Source: Spongospora subterranea f. sp. subterranea (lineage: Eukaryota). From it: a stretch of 64,000 nt of DNA. Below the pieces are notes generated by a model. It searched no databases. It was not told where the DNA came from and was given only the letters and a program-made list of their open reading frames with translations. The DNA is taken from positions 1 to 64,000 of the forward strand of contig JAUGWO010000053.1 in the NCBI GenBank assembly GCA_049724395.1, read 5' to 3'. Below, one piece after another: positions 1 through 11,819 of the stretch (position 1 is its first letter; every line of letters begins with the position of its first letter). Both the position numbers and the translations under genes were made by a program.

Positions 1-3000
1 TGAACTTCTATTTGCATTTTGGACTTTATTAATTTATTATTTGGGTTCGTATTTGATCATCAGTGGGTGAACAATCTTCCTTCGAACTGACTTTTTCAAA
101 TCTCATCAAGTGAAATTCACATAGTTGCAATGCAAAAATGCCTCACGTGGTTGGGGCATTGTGTCCTTGGTAGGTGTCCGTGCGTGAGCTGTTCAAACCG
201 GTAGGTAGTGGGAAAATTGATGAGCACCTGTCTGTTGAGGAGACATTGCACTGGAAGGTACATTCATACCAACGGAATACGAGACCCTCAACTCCGCATT
301 TGCTGACATCAATTTGCGGGCAATGGTCCAAGGTACAGCAGCACAACATTGCCCAAAGTCCGTAATAATTGGCTCGAAAGCACGAAGTTGCCCAAACAAA
401 GCCCAAAAGTCTGATATTGCACAAATTTGCCCCAAAAGTGAAACAAAATATCCAAACGAGTCAACTGGCCTGATGTTGTCTAAATTGAAAGAACCTAACA
501 ATGTTGATTTTTCCATTGGTGTGAACTTCTATTTCAGTTTGTAACTTGATAATTTATTTATTGAATCATCAAATTTGTTGGGTAGGTTCGTATTGGTCCT
601 CAGTGGGTGAACAATCTTCCTTCGAACTGACTTTTTCAAATCTCATCATGTGAAATTCACATAGTTGCAATGCAAAAATCCGAATGATTCGTTTTTCGTA
701 ACGGTCAATCAGAGAATTACAGTCGCTTAACCTGAGATCGAAACCGTATACTCCTATTAAATTTTTCACCACGCAGCATTTTGAAGCAGCTCAGCCGTCA
801 GCACCAACTCAATGAATCGTGATTCTGGTATCACCCGACTCACTTAACCCCAAATCCAATGGGGCAAGCAGACACCACCTTACGGAACATTATTGAGCCA
901 GTCATGTCGTTTCAACCCAAAACCAGCTGATTTTTCATATATCGAGGTTCTCTCCTCGTCGCGGCTTTGAGCTGAAGAGGTTCCCTCCGCTTGAGTTTTG
1001 GCGAGGGGAACTGCTACAAATTTCCACATTAGTTCAACTGGATTGACAGATTTTTTTAAGAGTTTTTCTCCTCTTCGAGGCGCTGATACTACATCTCTGA
1101 CTACATAGTACATGCCTGACAATATGGTCAAAATATGGATCATAATCAGAGTTGCTAAGAAAATATTGAGTGTATTTAGTGTTATCTACTCTATATTACC
1201 GATGGGTGCTAGATGACTGACGTGAACCCTGTAACCTACATAGAACTATATATCAGCGTTGAATACACCATCGAACCTCGAACAACAATTAGGTCCGAAG
1301 TCTAACCAAGGCCCACTTACCGATCCGATTTTCGAATCGATTCTACTTCTGCCGCTACATGCAATTGCAGCATGACCCAGCAGCGGCATCAGGTGTGCAA
1401 TCAGCATTTGAGCTCATCGACTTCCAATCTTCTTGATGAATAACTGTTGTGAAAAATTCAACGATTGATTCAATTATGTAAAGCATTGGAATGGTCTTCG
1501 AATTACTGGTTGATTGCGAGGAAGGTTTGTCCCTGGCGTTAAATTTGGTATTGTATGGATGCGTCAGGCTCTGGAAAGAGGGCGATTGATGAGCATCCTG
1601 GACACCGATTGTTCTGATATGATCCGCAGCAATCGCCTTGTCATCGTTTCTACCCCAATGAAATCAATTTACTCTTCATATAGGAGACAAAGGCAAATCA
1701 TTTACGCTGCAGATTGACAGAATTGTATGATACAGACAAACGCCAACATTTTCCACATCATCATTGTTGACGCAGCTTGCTCAACGATCAATAATGGGGG
1801 GAATGCAAATGAGGGTACAGTATGCCCACTCATGTGAGGCAGATGTCCGTGCGTGAGCTGTCCAAACCGGTAGGTAGTGGGAAAATTGATGAGCACCTGT
1901 CTGTGGAGAAGAAGGTACATACATACCAACGGAATAGGAGACCCTCAAGTCCGCATTTGTTGACATCAATTTGCGGACAATGGTCCAAGGAACAGCAGCA
2001 CAACATTGCCCAAAGTCCGTAATAATTGGCTCGAAAGCACGAAGTTGCCCAAACAAAGCCCAAAAGTCTGATATTGCACAAATTTGCCCCAAAAGTGAAA
2101 CAAAATATCCAAACGAGTCAACTGGTCTGATGTTGTCTAAATTGAAAGAACCTAACAATGTTGATTTTTCCATTGGTGTGAACTTCTATTTGCATTTTGT
2201 AACTTGATAATTTATTTATTGATTGGGTTCGTATTTGATCATCAGTGGGTGAACAATCTTCCTTCGAACTGACTTTTTCAAATCTCATCAAGTGAAATTC
2301 ACATAGTTGCAATGCAAAAATGCCTCACATGAGTGGGCATACCGTACCCTCATTTGCAGATGTCCGTGCGTGAGCTGTTCAAACCGGTAGGTAGTGAAAA
2401 CTTTTGAGAATTGATGAGCACCTGTCTGTGGAGGAGACATTGCACTGGAAGGTACATTCATACCAACGGAATACGAGACCCTCAACTCCGCATTTGCTGA
2501 CATCAATTTGCGGGCAATGGTCCAAGGTACAGCAGCACAACATTGCCCAAAGTCCGTAATAATTGGCTCGAAAGCACGAAGTTGCCCAAACAAAGCCCAA
2601 AAGTCTGATATTGCACAAATTTGCCCCAAAAGTGAAACAAAATATCCAAACGAGTCAACTGGTCTGATGTTGTCTAAATTGAAAGAACCTAACAATGTTG
2701 ATTTTTCCATTGGTGTGAACTTCTATTTGCATTTTGTAACTTGATAATTTATTTATTGAATCATCAAATTTGTTGGGTAGGTTCGTATTGGTCATCAGTG
2801 GGTGAACAATCTTCCTTCGAACTGACTTTTTCAAATCTCATCATGTGAAATTCACATAGTTGCAATGCAAAAATCCGAATGATTCGTTTTTCGTAACGGT
2901 CAATCAGAGAATTACATTCGCTTAACCTGAGAGCGAAACCATATACTCCTATTAAATTTTTTGCCACGCAGCATTTTGAAGCAGCTCAGCCGTCAGCACC

Positions 3001-3135
3001 AACTCAATGATAGAGTGATTTTGGTATCACCCGACTCACTTAACCGCAAAAACAGTGGGACACAGGGGACATCACCTTACGGAACACTATTGAGCCAGTC
3101 ATGTCGCTTCAACGCAAAACCAACTGATTTTTTCA
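1..3135. repeat. Nested tandem repeat: ~2.2-kb unit containing an internal ~520-540 bp duplication
   Basis: TGAACTTCTATTT recurs at ~1, 522, 2179 and 2716. Near-identical ORF translations MEKSTLLGSFNLDNIRP... occur at 193-516, 1781-2173 and 2288-2710. Bases 1-~940 are repeated at ~2180-3135. Confidence 0.9.
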
Positions 3136-3699
3136 TAGTACCTTCTTCGTTCAGAATCGGGCCACTGAATTTCATTGTCGAGGACTTGAGTAATAACACT
3201 CAAAACAAAAAAAGTGTCGTCAAATATTCCGGATCGACTATAACCCCAATGAATTGATTCATATCGTCCACTAGTATTATACTTGAGATATAAAATTGCA
3301 GTCAAATTCCCCTAAAGTGGATCCGACATTCATTTCGAACACACTTGAGTGGGCTTCTAACAAATTGCTCAACCGGTCGACTTCGGACGGTCAGGGTTGA
3401 CAGAATAGTCAGCATTACCCATCTTCCAAGCAGTTAATAACTACTATCGATGCGGCCAACGCGGCACGTACAATTAGAAGATCGAACTCTTGGCAAGTAT
3501 CGTTGAGATAAAAGTCGTCTTCACACGAAGATGAGCCTGAATCCATAAATGAACGACGTGGCATGAACTTGGAAAGTGGGACGAAGAGTTTACGGTAAAA
3601 TTTTTCATATATTCGGCACGGAATTGTTTGTGAAAAAATGGATGAGTTTAAAATATCTAAAATTCTCTTGATTTTATCATCTGTCAACACTAGCCATGC

Positions 3700-4735
3700 A
3701 CTCATTTGCATTCCCCCCATTTGAGCAATTGATTGTTGAAAAAGCTGCGTCAACATTGATGGTGCGGAAAAACGTTGGTTTTTGTCTGTATCATCCAATT
3801 CTGTCATTCTGCAACGTAAATGATTCACCTTTTTCTCCTATATGAAGAATAAACATATCATATTGGCACAGAAAAGATGACAAGGCGATATCTCCGAGGA
3901 TGCTCGTCAACCGCCCTTTCCCCACGGCCTTGCGCACACATACTGGCGTGTCCATAAATCCACAACCAAAGCTAGCGCCAGCGCCAAAACTCCCTCGAAA
4001 TCCACCCGCAATTGCAAGACCATTCCCCCGCTTCAAAAAATCCAATCAAGCGCTGATTTTTGCATTAAAAAAAATTGCTGAGGAAGATTGGAAATTGCTG
4101 AGAGCAGATGGTGATTTCAAACCTGATGGCCTCACTTCTCCATTATGAACACTGAAGCGGAGGAATTAGAATCGTTTTAAATCTCGGCTCGGTAAGTGTG
4201 CCTTAGTTAGACTTCGGATAAAAATTGTTGTTCGAGGTTTGATGGTGTATTAAACGCTGATTTCTAGTTCTATGTTGGTTCCAGTGATCACGCAAGCCAC
4301 CTATCACCCATTGGCATTAGAGAGTCTATAACACTAATTACACTCCATATTTTCTTAGCAACTCTGAGTTTGATCGATGTTTTGGACCATATAGTCATGG
4401 ATGTATCAGCGCCTCAGGTGGACAAAAATGTTTGAAAAAATCCGTCAATCCAGTTGAACTAAGGTAGGGATTCGTAACAGTTACGAGGAGACAGCCTCTC
4501 CAAAACACAAGCAGAAGCAGCCTGTTTAACTCAAAGCCGTGGCGGGGAGAGAACCTCGATAAATAAAAAACATCAGCTGGTTTTGTGTTGACGCGACATG
4601 ACTGGCTCAATTGTGTATCCCCTGTGTCCATTTGGGTTTAGGGTTTAGTGAGTCGAGTTATACCAACCTCACACTTCCATTGAGTTGGTGCTGACGGATG
4701 AACTGATTGAAAAAATTTGCGTGGTGAAATTTTAA
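3700..4735 (-). repeat. Diverged inverted copy of the repeat family (homologous to ~760-1830)
   Basis: 4681 TGAGTTGGTGCTGACGG is the reverse complement of CCGTCAGCACCAACTCA at ~795. 4321-4350 is the reverse complement of 4812-4841. Confidence 0.8.
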
Positions 4736-4811
4736 CCATTGTTGTCGCTATCCGTTTGAGCGAACGTAATTGTCTTTTCTTTTTCTTTTGGTGATTGCGT
4801 TTAACGCGACA

Positions 4812-5690
4812 ATATGGAGTGTATTTAGTGTTATATACTCTCTCCTGCCGATGAGTGATAGATGGCCGGCGTGACCCCTGTAACCAATATTGAACTATAT
4901 ATCAGCGTTCATACACCATCAAACATCGAACAACAACTAAATCCGAAGTCTAATCAAGGCACATTTACTGAGCCGAGATTTGAAACGACTCTATTTCTAC
5001 CGCTTCAGTGTCCAAAATGGCACAGTGAGGCCATCAGGTTTAAAATCACCATTTGCTCTGAGCGATTTCCAATCTTCGTCTGCAATTTCTGATATGAAAA
5101 GTTCAGCGATTGATTGGATTATTTGAAGCGTGAGAATGGTCTTCGAGTTACCGGTGAATTTCGAGGGAGTTTTGCCGCTGGCGATACCTTCAGTTGTGGA
5201 TTTAATGAAGCCAGAATGTTTGTGCGCAAGGCCTTGGAGAGACGGCTTTTGATGAGCATCCTAGTCACCGATTGTTCTGGTATAATCCGGAGAAATCGCC
5301 TCGCCACCAATCTGATAGATTTACTCTTCATATTGGAGCAAAAGGAGAATCATTTACCCTGCAGAATGACAGAATTGGATGGTACCGACAACAGCTAACG
5401 TTTTCGTCACCATCATTGTTGATGCAGCAGCTTTCTCAACGATCAATTGCTCAACGGGGGAATGCAAACGAGGGTATGCCCACTCATGTGAGGCTGAGGT
5501 CCGAGCGTGAACGGTTCAAACCGTGACTAATAAACACTTTTGCGACTTGCTGAGCGTGACTGTGGAGAAGCTATGTCATCGAAAGGTATATTACATTCAA
5601 AGGATTATGAAACCCTCAAGTCCGCGTCAGTTGACATCGAATTGCGGAGAATGGCCCAAGGCACAAGCACTGCACAAACTCCGTAATTGG
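4812..5690 (+). repeat. Diverged direct copy of the repeat family (homologous to ~1165-2020)
   Basis: Shared blocks include GAGTGTATTTAGT, CCGAAGTCTAA, ACCGATTGTTCTG and GGAATGCAAA..GAGGGT. Confidence 0.8.
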
Positions 5691-5776
5691 ATTGGTGTAT
5701 TTAACGATGAATGTTGGTTACCGGGTTCACGCCGAACATCTATCACTTATCGGCAGTAGAGAATATACAACGAGTT

Positions 5777-6110
5777 GGGGATTAATCTTTCCAAAGGAAA
5801 CGTCAATGGGGATTACTCTTTCCAAACGAAACGTCAATGGGGATTAATCCTTCCAAAACGACATACCCAAGAAAGTCAATGGGGATTAATCTGTCCAAAC
5901 GACATTGGGATTAATCTTTCCAAACGAAACGTCAATGGGGATTAATCCTTCCAAAACGACATACCCAAGAAAGTCAATGGGGATTAATCTTTCCAAACGA
6001 CACACCCAAGAAAGTCAATGGGGATTAATCTTTCCAAACAAAACACCCGGCAAGAAAGTCAATGGGGATTAATCCTTCCAAAACAACACACTCAAGAAAG
6101 TCAATGGGGA
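5777..6110 (+). repeat. Minisatellite, ~9 units of 26-44 bp, core GTCAATGGGGATTAATC(T/C)TTCCAAA
   Basis: The core is directly repeated with short related linkers (CGAAAC or ACGACATACCCAAGAAA). Confidence 0.9.
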
Positions 6111-6310
6111 TCTGGCAGCATTGAAGACACCATATACAAACTGCAGATCAAGAACTAATGGCGTGGATTCCAGCTCATGACTCTCAGTCAAAATGTCGCC
6201 CCTGCACTCCCAAATTGGATCGTCCTGGATCACGTTTCCAGTTGGGTCAAGTGGTTGAGGGCGAAGTCTTCGATCTCTTTCGGGAACTGAGAGTATCTGT
6301 TCACTGTTAA

Positions 6311-6396
6311 TGTCAAAACTCAAGATGATTAAGCATCTCTGAGATGTAAGGGGTTTCCCCTATTTATCGGCTGAAGGCCAGTCACGCATTTTGCGG
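6311..6396 (+). repeat. Inverted partial LTR copy (first ~85 bp) abutting the 3' LTR
   Basis: TGTCAAAACTCAAG...GCATTTTGCGG is the reverse complement of 6442-6527 with a few mismatches. Confidence 0.9.
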
Positions 6397-6399
6397 TTC

Positions 6400-6527
6400 T
6401 GCAAACTCGAATAATAGAGGAGTTAATATATTTACGGTACACCGCATCATGCGTGACTGGCCTTCAGCCGGTAAATAGGGGAAACCCGATACATCTCAGA
6501 GATGCTTAATCGTCTTGAGTTTTAACA
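6400..6527 (-). repeat. 3' LTR of the copia element (128 bp, TGTT...TGCA on minus strand)
   Basis: Matches 11103-11230 with 2 mismatches and is preceded by the PPT on the minus strand. Confidence 0.9.
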
Positions 6528-7306
6528 GACCCCCTCTATTCGACATCTCTGATTCCCATGGATGATCGGCACCATATGAACTTGGGAGTCGTCGCGGGCT
6601 TTGTCAACGAGTCGGCAGTCATCTCGCTAGTGGGGCAATAGTCCAGTTTCACGAAGCCCTTACCAACTTGCTCTCTGATAAAATGAAACTTGATATCGAT
6701 ATGCTTAGTCCTGGAGTCGGTTCGGAGATTACTTGCTATTGCGAGGCACCCTTGGTTATCACAGAATATTTTGCTCGGGCCAGGTTGGGGATATCCTAAC
6801 TCCGTTAACAATGTCCTTAACCAAGTTATTTCTCTAACCGTATCGTAGGTGGCCATGTATTCAGCATGAACTGGCGACGTTGCTACTGTGGGTTGACGCT
6901 TACTCTTCCAACTTATTGGTGATCCGGCTAGTTTCACTAGATATCCTGTTGTGGATCGTCTGGTGTCGACGTCCTGGCCCCAATCACTGTCAGACCAAGC
7001 AGTTATGTCGTTTTCCTCGCCCTTGGAGTATACCAGGCCATGCTGTTGCGTGCAGGCTAGGTATTGCAATACCCTCTTGGCTGCAGTCCAGTGTAGTGGA
7101 CCAGGGTCGGAAATGAATCGGCAAAGGGGGGTCCACACTGCTGTCGATATATCAGGTCTAGTGTGAGTGGAGATTTAATTTAGGGCTCCAACTAGATTGC
7201 CCTATGGAATGGACTTCATCTTGGCAGGCTCTTTCTCATCCTTCGGCCTCATATTCATCTCCAAGTAATATCCCGGTTGATGAGGGGTCTTGGTAGGTTT
7301 GCAGGA

Positions 7307-7583
7307 ATGGTATGGTATGGTATACAAAGGATCGCGGGTTCTTATGGGTTGAGTAAGCCTGTGTACTACCAGGCTTTCCCTACTTCCGCCTGGCCGCTAC
7401 AAGTAGCTTGGGAATTCAATGAAGGAACCTATTAGACCAGCTGGATTCAGCAACATAACCTGTCCTAACGACCACACCGAATGGGACCTGCCCCCACCAG
7501 ATTACATTGCGTATTCAGAGTTTCAAGGTCACTGCAAGCAGCTTCCTCTCCCACATTCATTATGGCCATGTGGTCAGACCCAG
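7307..7583 (-). mobile_element. Short non-LTR retroelement insertion (SINE-like or 5'-truncated LINE) with (TACCA)n tail
   Basis: 11-bp TSD GGTTTGCAGGA at 7296-7306 and 7584-7594 duplicates the SCKP codons of the copia RT. The tail reads ATGGTATGGTATGGTA on the plus strand. The 3' ~180 bp is homologous to 37870-38050. Confidence 0.85.
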
Positions 7584-10500
7584 GGTTTGCAGGACGTCAT
7601 GTTGAACTGGATCATCAGATCTCTTATATAATCGGACTGGTTTAGGGATATGGTGCCTGCATCCAAATTATAAACAATATTCATGCCAAGGATCCGTGTT
7701 GGTTGGCCAAGATCGGTAACCTGAAAGTCTTGGGTCAACCGTGAGATGATTGCTTCGCAAATGCCATCACGATTGTGGGCCAATATCATGTCATCAACGT
7801 ATAGTCCCAGAATGGCTAAATTATCGCCATCGCGAAGGACGTACATGCACGGATCTGATATGCACCTTTTGAACCTAATTCTGTCACCAAGAGTTCGTTA
7901 ATCCTCTTGTTCCAGACACGTCCTGCTTGCTTCAACCCGTATATGGCCTTGTTTAGCCTCCATACCTGGTTAGGGCCGGTGCTGAATCCTTCGGGCTGAA
8001 CCATGTAAAGCTCTTCCTCAATTTCTCCATTCAGATACGCTTCCACCACGTCTAATTGGCGAAGTCTTAGGCTGTGCAGCGCTGATAGGGCGAGTAGCGT
8101 CCTCAAGGATTCCTGGTGAGCCACAGGGGCAAAAGTTTCATTGTAGTCGACGCCGAAACGGTGAAAACCCTTTCGTTACCAGCCGGGCCTTGAACTTCCC
8201 CACCAATCCTGAATCGTCCTTCCTAGGCTTTACGGTAAATACCCATTTGCACTTGATTGGTTTGATTTTGGGGGTACGGGTGACGAGGTCGAATGTACGG
8301 AACCCTACCGATGTTCTTGTGCTCATCTATCAGGGCATCGCGCCAATATCCAGCTAATTTGCTTGTCATCGCATCATGGACCGATGAAGGAATTTGGATC
8401 TCTGAGCAACGCATGTCTGATATATCAGGTTTGCTGAGGGGTTCTGATCCTATAATGTCAATCGTATGTGAGGTACATGCGGCGTTGGAGAATTTCCAAA
8501 TCTCGGGCGGCCTTCTGAATCTAGACGATCTTCGTTGAGTGGGAATTGGCGGACTCGATGCTCTCTCCTCGTCTATCACCTCATCTTCATCATCAGTATC
8601 TTCGACTTGATTCTCGATTGAGTTCGATCCGTCTAAGACTTCTTCGCGATGACTGTCGCAGGCATGAGTCTCTGCTTCGATAGCGCCTGAATCCAGCTGC
8701 TCCAGGTTCGGTTGGTTGTCGTTTATTGTCTCCCGATCGTCGGTCTTCGAGGTTGATTTCCAGAACGTGAATGAGTCTTCAATGAATTTGACTCTTTCTG
8801 CTGGTGTACACTTGACGGGATCCCATAGTTGATACGCCTTTTGGTTCTGACTGTACCCAATGAAAACGGCTGGGGTGGCTTTGGGAAGTAGTCCTTTCCT
8901 CCGTCGTTTATGCACGAACGACCATGCGTCGCAACCGAATACTCGCATATACGAAGGGTCTGGTTTAGTACCAAACCATGCTTCATAAGGTGAAATCTTA
9001 TTGGGTAATGCGCTATGAGGTCTTCTGTTGATAACATGTACAGCGGCAGCAGTCGCAAACCCCAGTATTGTCCAGGTAAGCCAGCCTGATGTCTGGCACT
9101 TTCCGCAGCCGTATCAATGGTGCGATTCACTCGTTCAGCGATTCCATTCTGTTCGGAATCCTACGCAACGCTTGTTCTGTGGAATATACCTCGCTTCGCA
9201 TAATACTCCTTACATTCGGTCGATGTATATTCGCCGGCATTATCGCTCTGAAGTATTTTCAATCTGTGTGGAATGTCGCCTAATTGGAAAGATGAGTCCT
9301 GTTCAAATTGTTTTAGAGCGGACAAGGCTTCTGACTTGTTTTTGAGGAAATAAACCCTCAAATATCGGGTGTAATGGTCGATGAATGTTATGATGTAGAT
9401 CGAGTTGAAGAATAGCGAAGTGACAGGATAAGGGCCCTTAATGTCAGTTGAAACGCATTCCAGGGGACGTGTGACGACTGTCTTCGACCGCTTAGGAAAG
9501 TGACCTCCTGTCATTTTCCCTTTGAAACAACCATGACAATTCTTGGTAATCACGTTGATATCCCCTTGAATTTCGCTGGTCCCGAACATTTCTCGAAAAT
9601 CACCAGGGTTCATATGAAATAGTCTTTTGTGCCACAGCTCCCACGAAACGGGCTCAAGTCTTCCTTGCGAGCAATTTAGAGCCGAATTTCGCGCTTCGTT
9701 GCGAAGGCAATTGTGTTGGTGACCAGGGAGATTGTATAAGTTATCAGCCCCTCGACTTGCAGACCCGATAATGACTCCTTCAGGAGGTTTCCAGTTGTGT
9801 TTGCTGTAAATGTATAGCCGATCGTTATCGAACAAGAACTTGATTCCACGCCTTGTGCTCTGACCAACAGACAGCAGGTTTCGGCTGATGTGTCGGGACA
9901 TGTAATACGTCATGAACTCAAGTTTCTTTACTGTCCAGGATAGCCTTTCCGGTGCCTCCGCCGGCAACGCTGATTTTTGACCCATCCCCCAACGATACTT
10001 GAATCCTATTGTGGGCATCAAAGTCTTTCAAGGATTTTCGCTGAAACGCCATATGCTGACTACAGGCACTGTCTACGGTCCAACTAGACGACCGCAAAGG
10101 TGTTAAAGCGGTTGAAGAAAGTGCCAGTTGCAGAGGATAAAGTGATTCGTGTCTTGGTGTATTATTGATGCGATGGTACTTCCATTCCAATGGTGCCTTC
10201 TCGGGAAATTGTGTGAAGCAATGCGCGTTGGGGTGCTTCCCGGAATGTATCTTGCAGTCGTTAGACTTCATCTTCTGGATAGAGGCCTTCAAGGCCGATA
10301 CTTCCGCTTTTAGTTCGGCCACTGACGCCGATGGGAATTCGGGGGGGCTTTGCTCCAACTTTTCTTCTTCAAGCATCATGGAAATCAGTTTCTGTGTTGT
10401 TAAAGGCACGTCCTGGTCCTGTGCGTTTATGATGCTTACGAGCGTCGAAAACCTTCCATGGAATGCTAATAGCATGACGAGGGCTTCAAATTCCGCAGTA

Positions 10501-11086
10501 ATGTGGATCAACGAGTCAGGCACAACCGATCTGACTCTGGAGACCGCTTCAGACATGCGTGATGCAAAGAGTCTGGTGGGTTCGTCATCTTCTTGCTTGA
10601 TGGATATGAGATTGTGAATCGCTTGCGTCATGACAGACCTGGTGGATCTGTGGTAAACATTATATATTGCTCTCCACGCTTGTGCTGAAGATTTGCACTG
10701 CGTGACGTTGGTAATGCGGGCGACATTCACTGATTAGATTCAGTCGAATTTTGACGGAACTGGGTCTGGGTGTTGACAACGGGCAAGGCTTCGGACGGGC
10801 GCCCGTCTTGGTCCATTCCTATAATGTCTCCCAGATCCTTCGCATGAAGGTACAGGGCAGCGTTTTGCACCCAGGAATGAAAATTGCTGTCCGTGCCATC
10901 GAATTTAGGTATTTCCACCCTATCCAAGATCAAATGGTTGGGGCGTTCTGATGTAATCTCAGACTGTAGTTGATTTAAATGCTCGACTTATTTGCGTTGC
11001 CGCTCCAACCGTTTGATCTCGGCGTCTAATTCATCGTCCAGCATGTGCGAGGTCGGCGATGCCTCCTCCGGCGTCATGATCGAGGA

Positions 11087-11100
11087 TGGGACTCCTAATC
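11087..11100 (-). promoter_or_regulatory. Putative primer-binding site complementary to a 5'-half tRNA-Arg(CCU)
   Basis: The plus strand reads TGGGA-CT-CCT-AA-TC, which is anticodon-arm geometry, and lies 2 nt from the LTR end. Confidence 0.55.
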
Positions 11101-11102
11101 TC

Positions 11103-11230
11103 TGCAAACTCGAATAATAGAGGAGTTAATATATTTACGGTACACCGCATCATGCGTGACTGGCCTTCAGCCGGTAAATAGGGGAAACCCCATACATCTC
11201 AGATATGCTTAATCGTCTTGAGTTTTAACA
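11103..11230 (-). repeat. 5' LTR of the copia element (128 bp)
   Basis: Direct repeat of 6400-6527, followed on the minus strand by GA and a putative PBS. Confidence 0.9.
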
Positions 11231-11819
11231 AACTTTGGTAATAATTTGGGAGGACAATGGAAGACAGGAAACACCACGCTCGGTCTCCAGGTTTGCTCGT
11301 CAGGATCAACAACAGCTTTCTAAATTTGAGTGGATTTCACAATCGTGAGACAATAACGACGCGATCAGCCGGATAGTGCAGTTTGATGTCAAAAGTTGAC
11401 CCGCCCAACCCCAGGCCGACCTATAGTAGGATCCCTGATTGGATTACAGCACAATGGTCATGACTTCTGAATTTTCGACTTCCGCAACTAACCTGACGCC
11501 ATGTACTCTGGTCAACTTATCATTAGCTGATTCACAATCTTCAAGGTGTCACATTCGCTGTTGCAGGTGAGCTTCATCAAACAAACTCATTGAAACAGAC
11601 GGTTTCCCAGTGAATGTTTCAAAGCAGGTTTCATCATGTCCATGGAAACATGAGCTGCGCTACTTCAGTACAGCCTGCGCTGTTGGCAAACAGAGGTTCT
11701 ATCTGCAAGTTGATAAACTCCATCACACGCAGCCAAGCAGGGGCTTGGCAACTTGCGATTGGCGCTGCTGTTGATACTTTCAACAAAGATTGAACTCTGT
11801 AGATTATGTAGCATGTCGA

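Larger units (their letters stand above)
6400..11230 (-). mobile_element. Full-length, frameshifted Ty1/copia LTR retrotransposon
   Basis: Domain order is gag (EIPKFDG..NFHSW), protease (WTVDSACSQHM), GAG-pre-integrase/integrase (LWHKRLFH, STDIKGP, LQSDNAGEY), RT (KWVFTVK, KARLV, QLDV..AYLNG, KAIYGLKQAGR, LYVDDM) and RNase H (WSDSDWG..DTRRSTTG, TKHIDIKFHF). It has two LTRs and a PPT GAGGGGGTC (minus strand) at 6528-6536. Confidence 0.95.

Noticed and set aside
143..2967. Repeated short ORFs (MEKSTLLG..., MRAMVQG...) as genes
   Set aside because: They overlap on both strands within a repeat, use non-ATG starts in several cases, end variably and have no recognisable domain.
5777..6110. CRISPR-like repeat/spacer appearance
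   Set aside because: The linkers are 5-19 nt and related to each other, there are no cas genes, and the context is eukaryotic.
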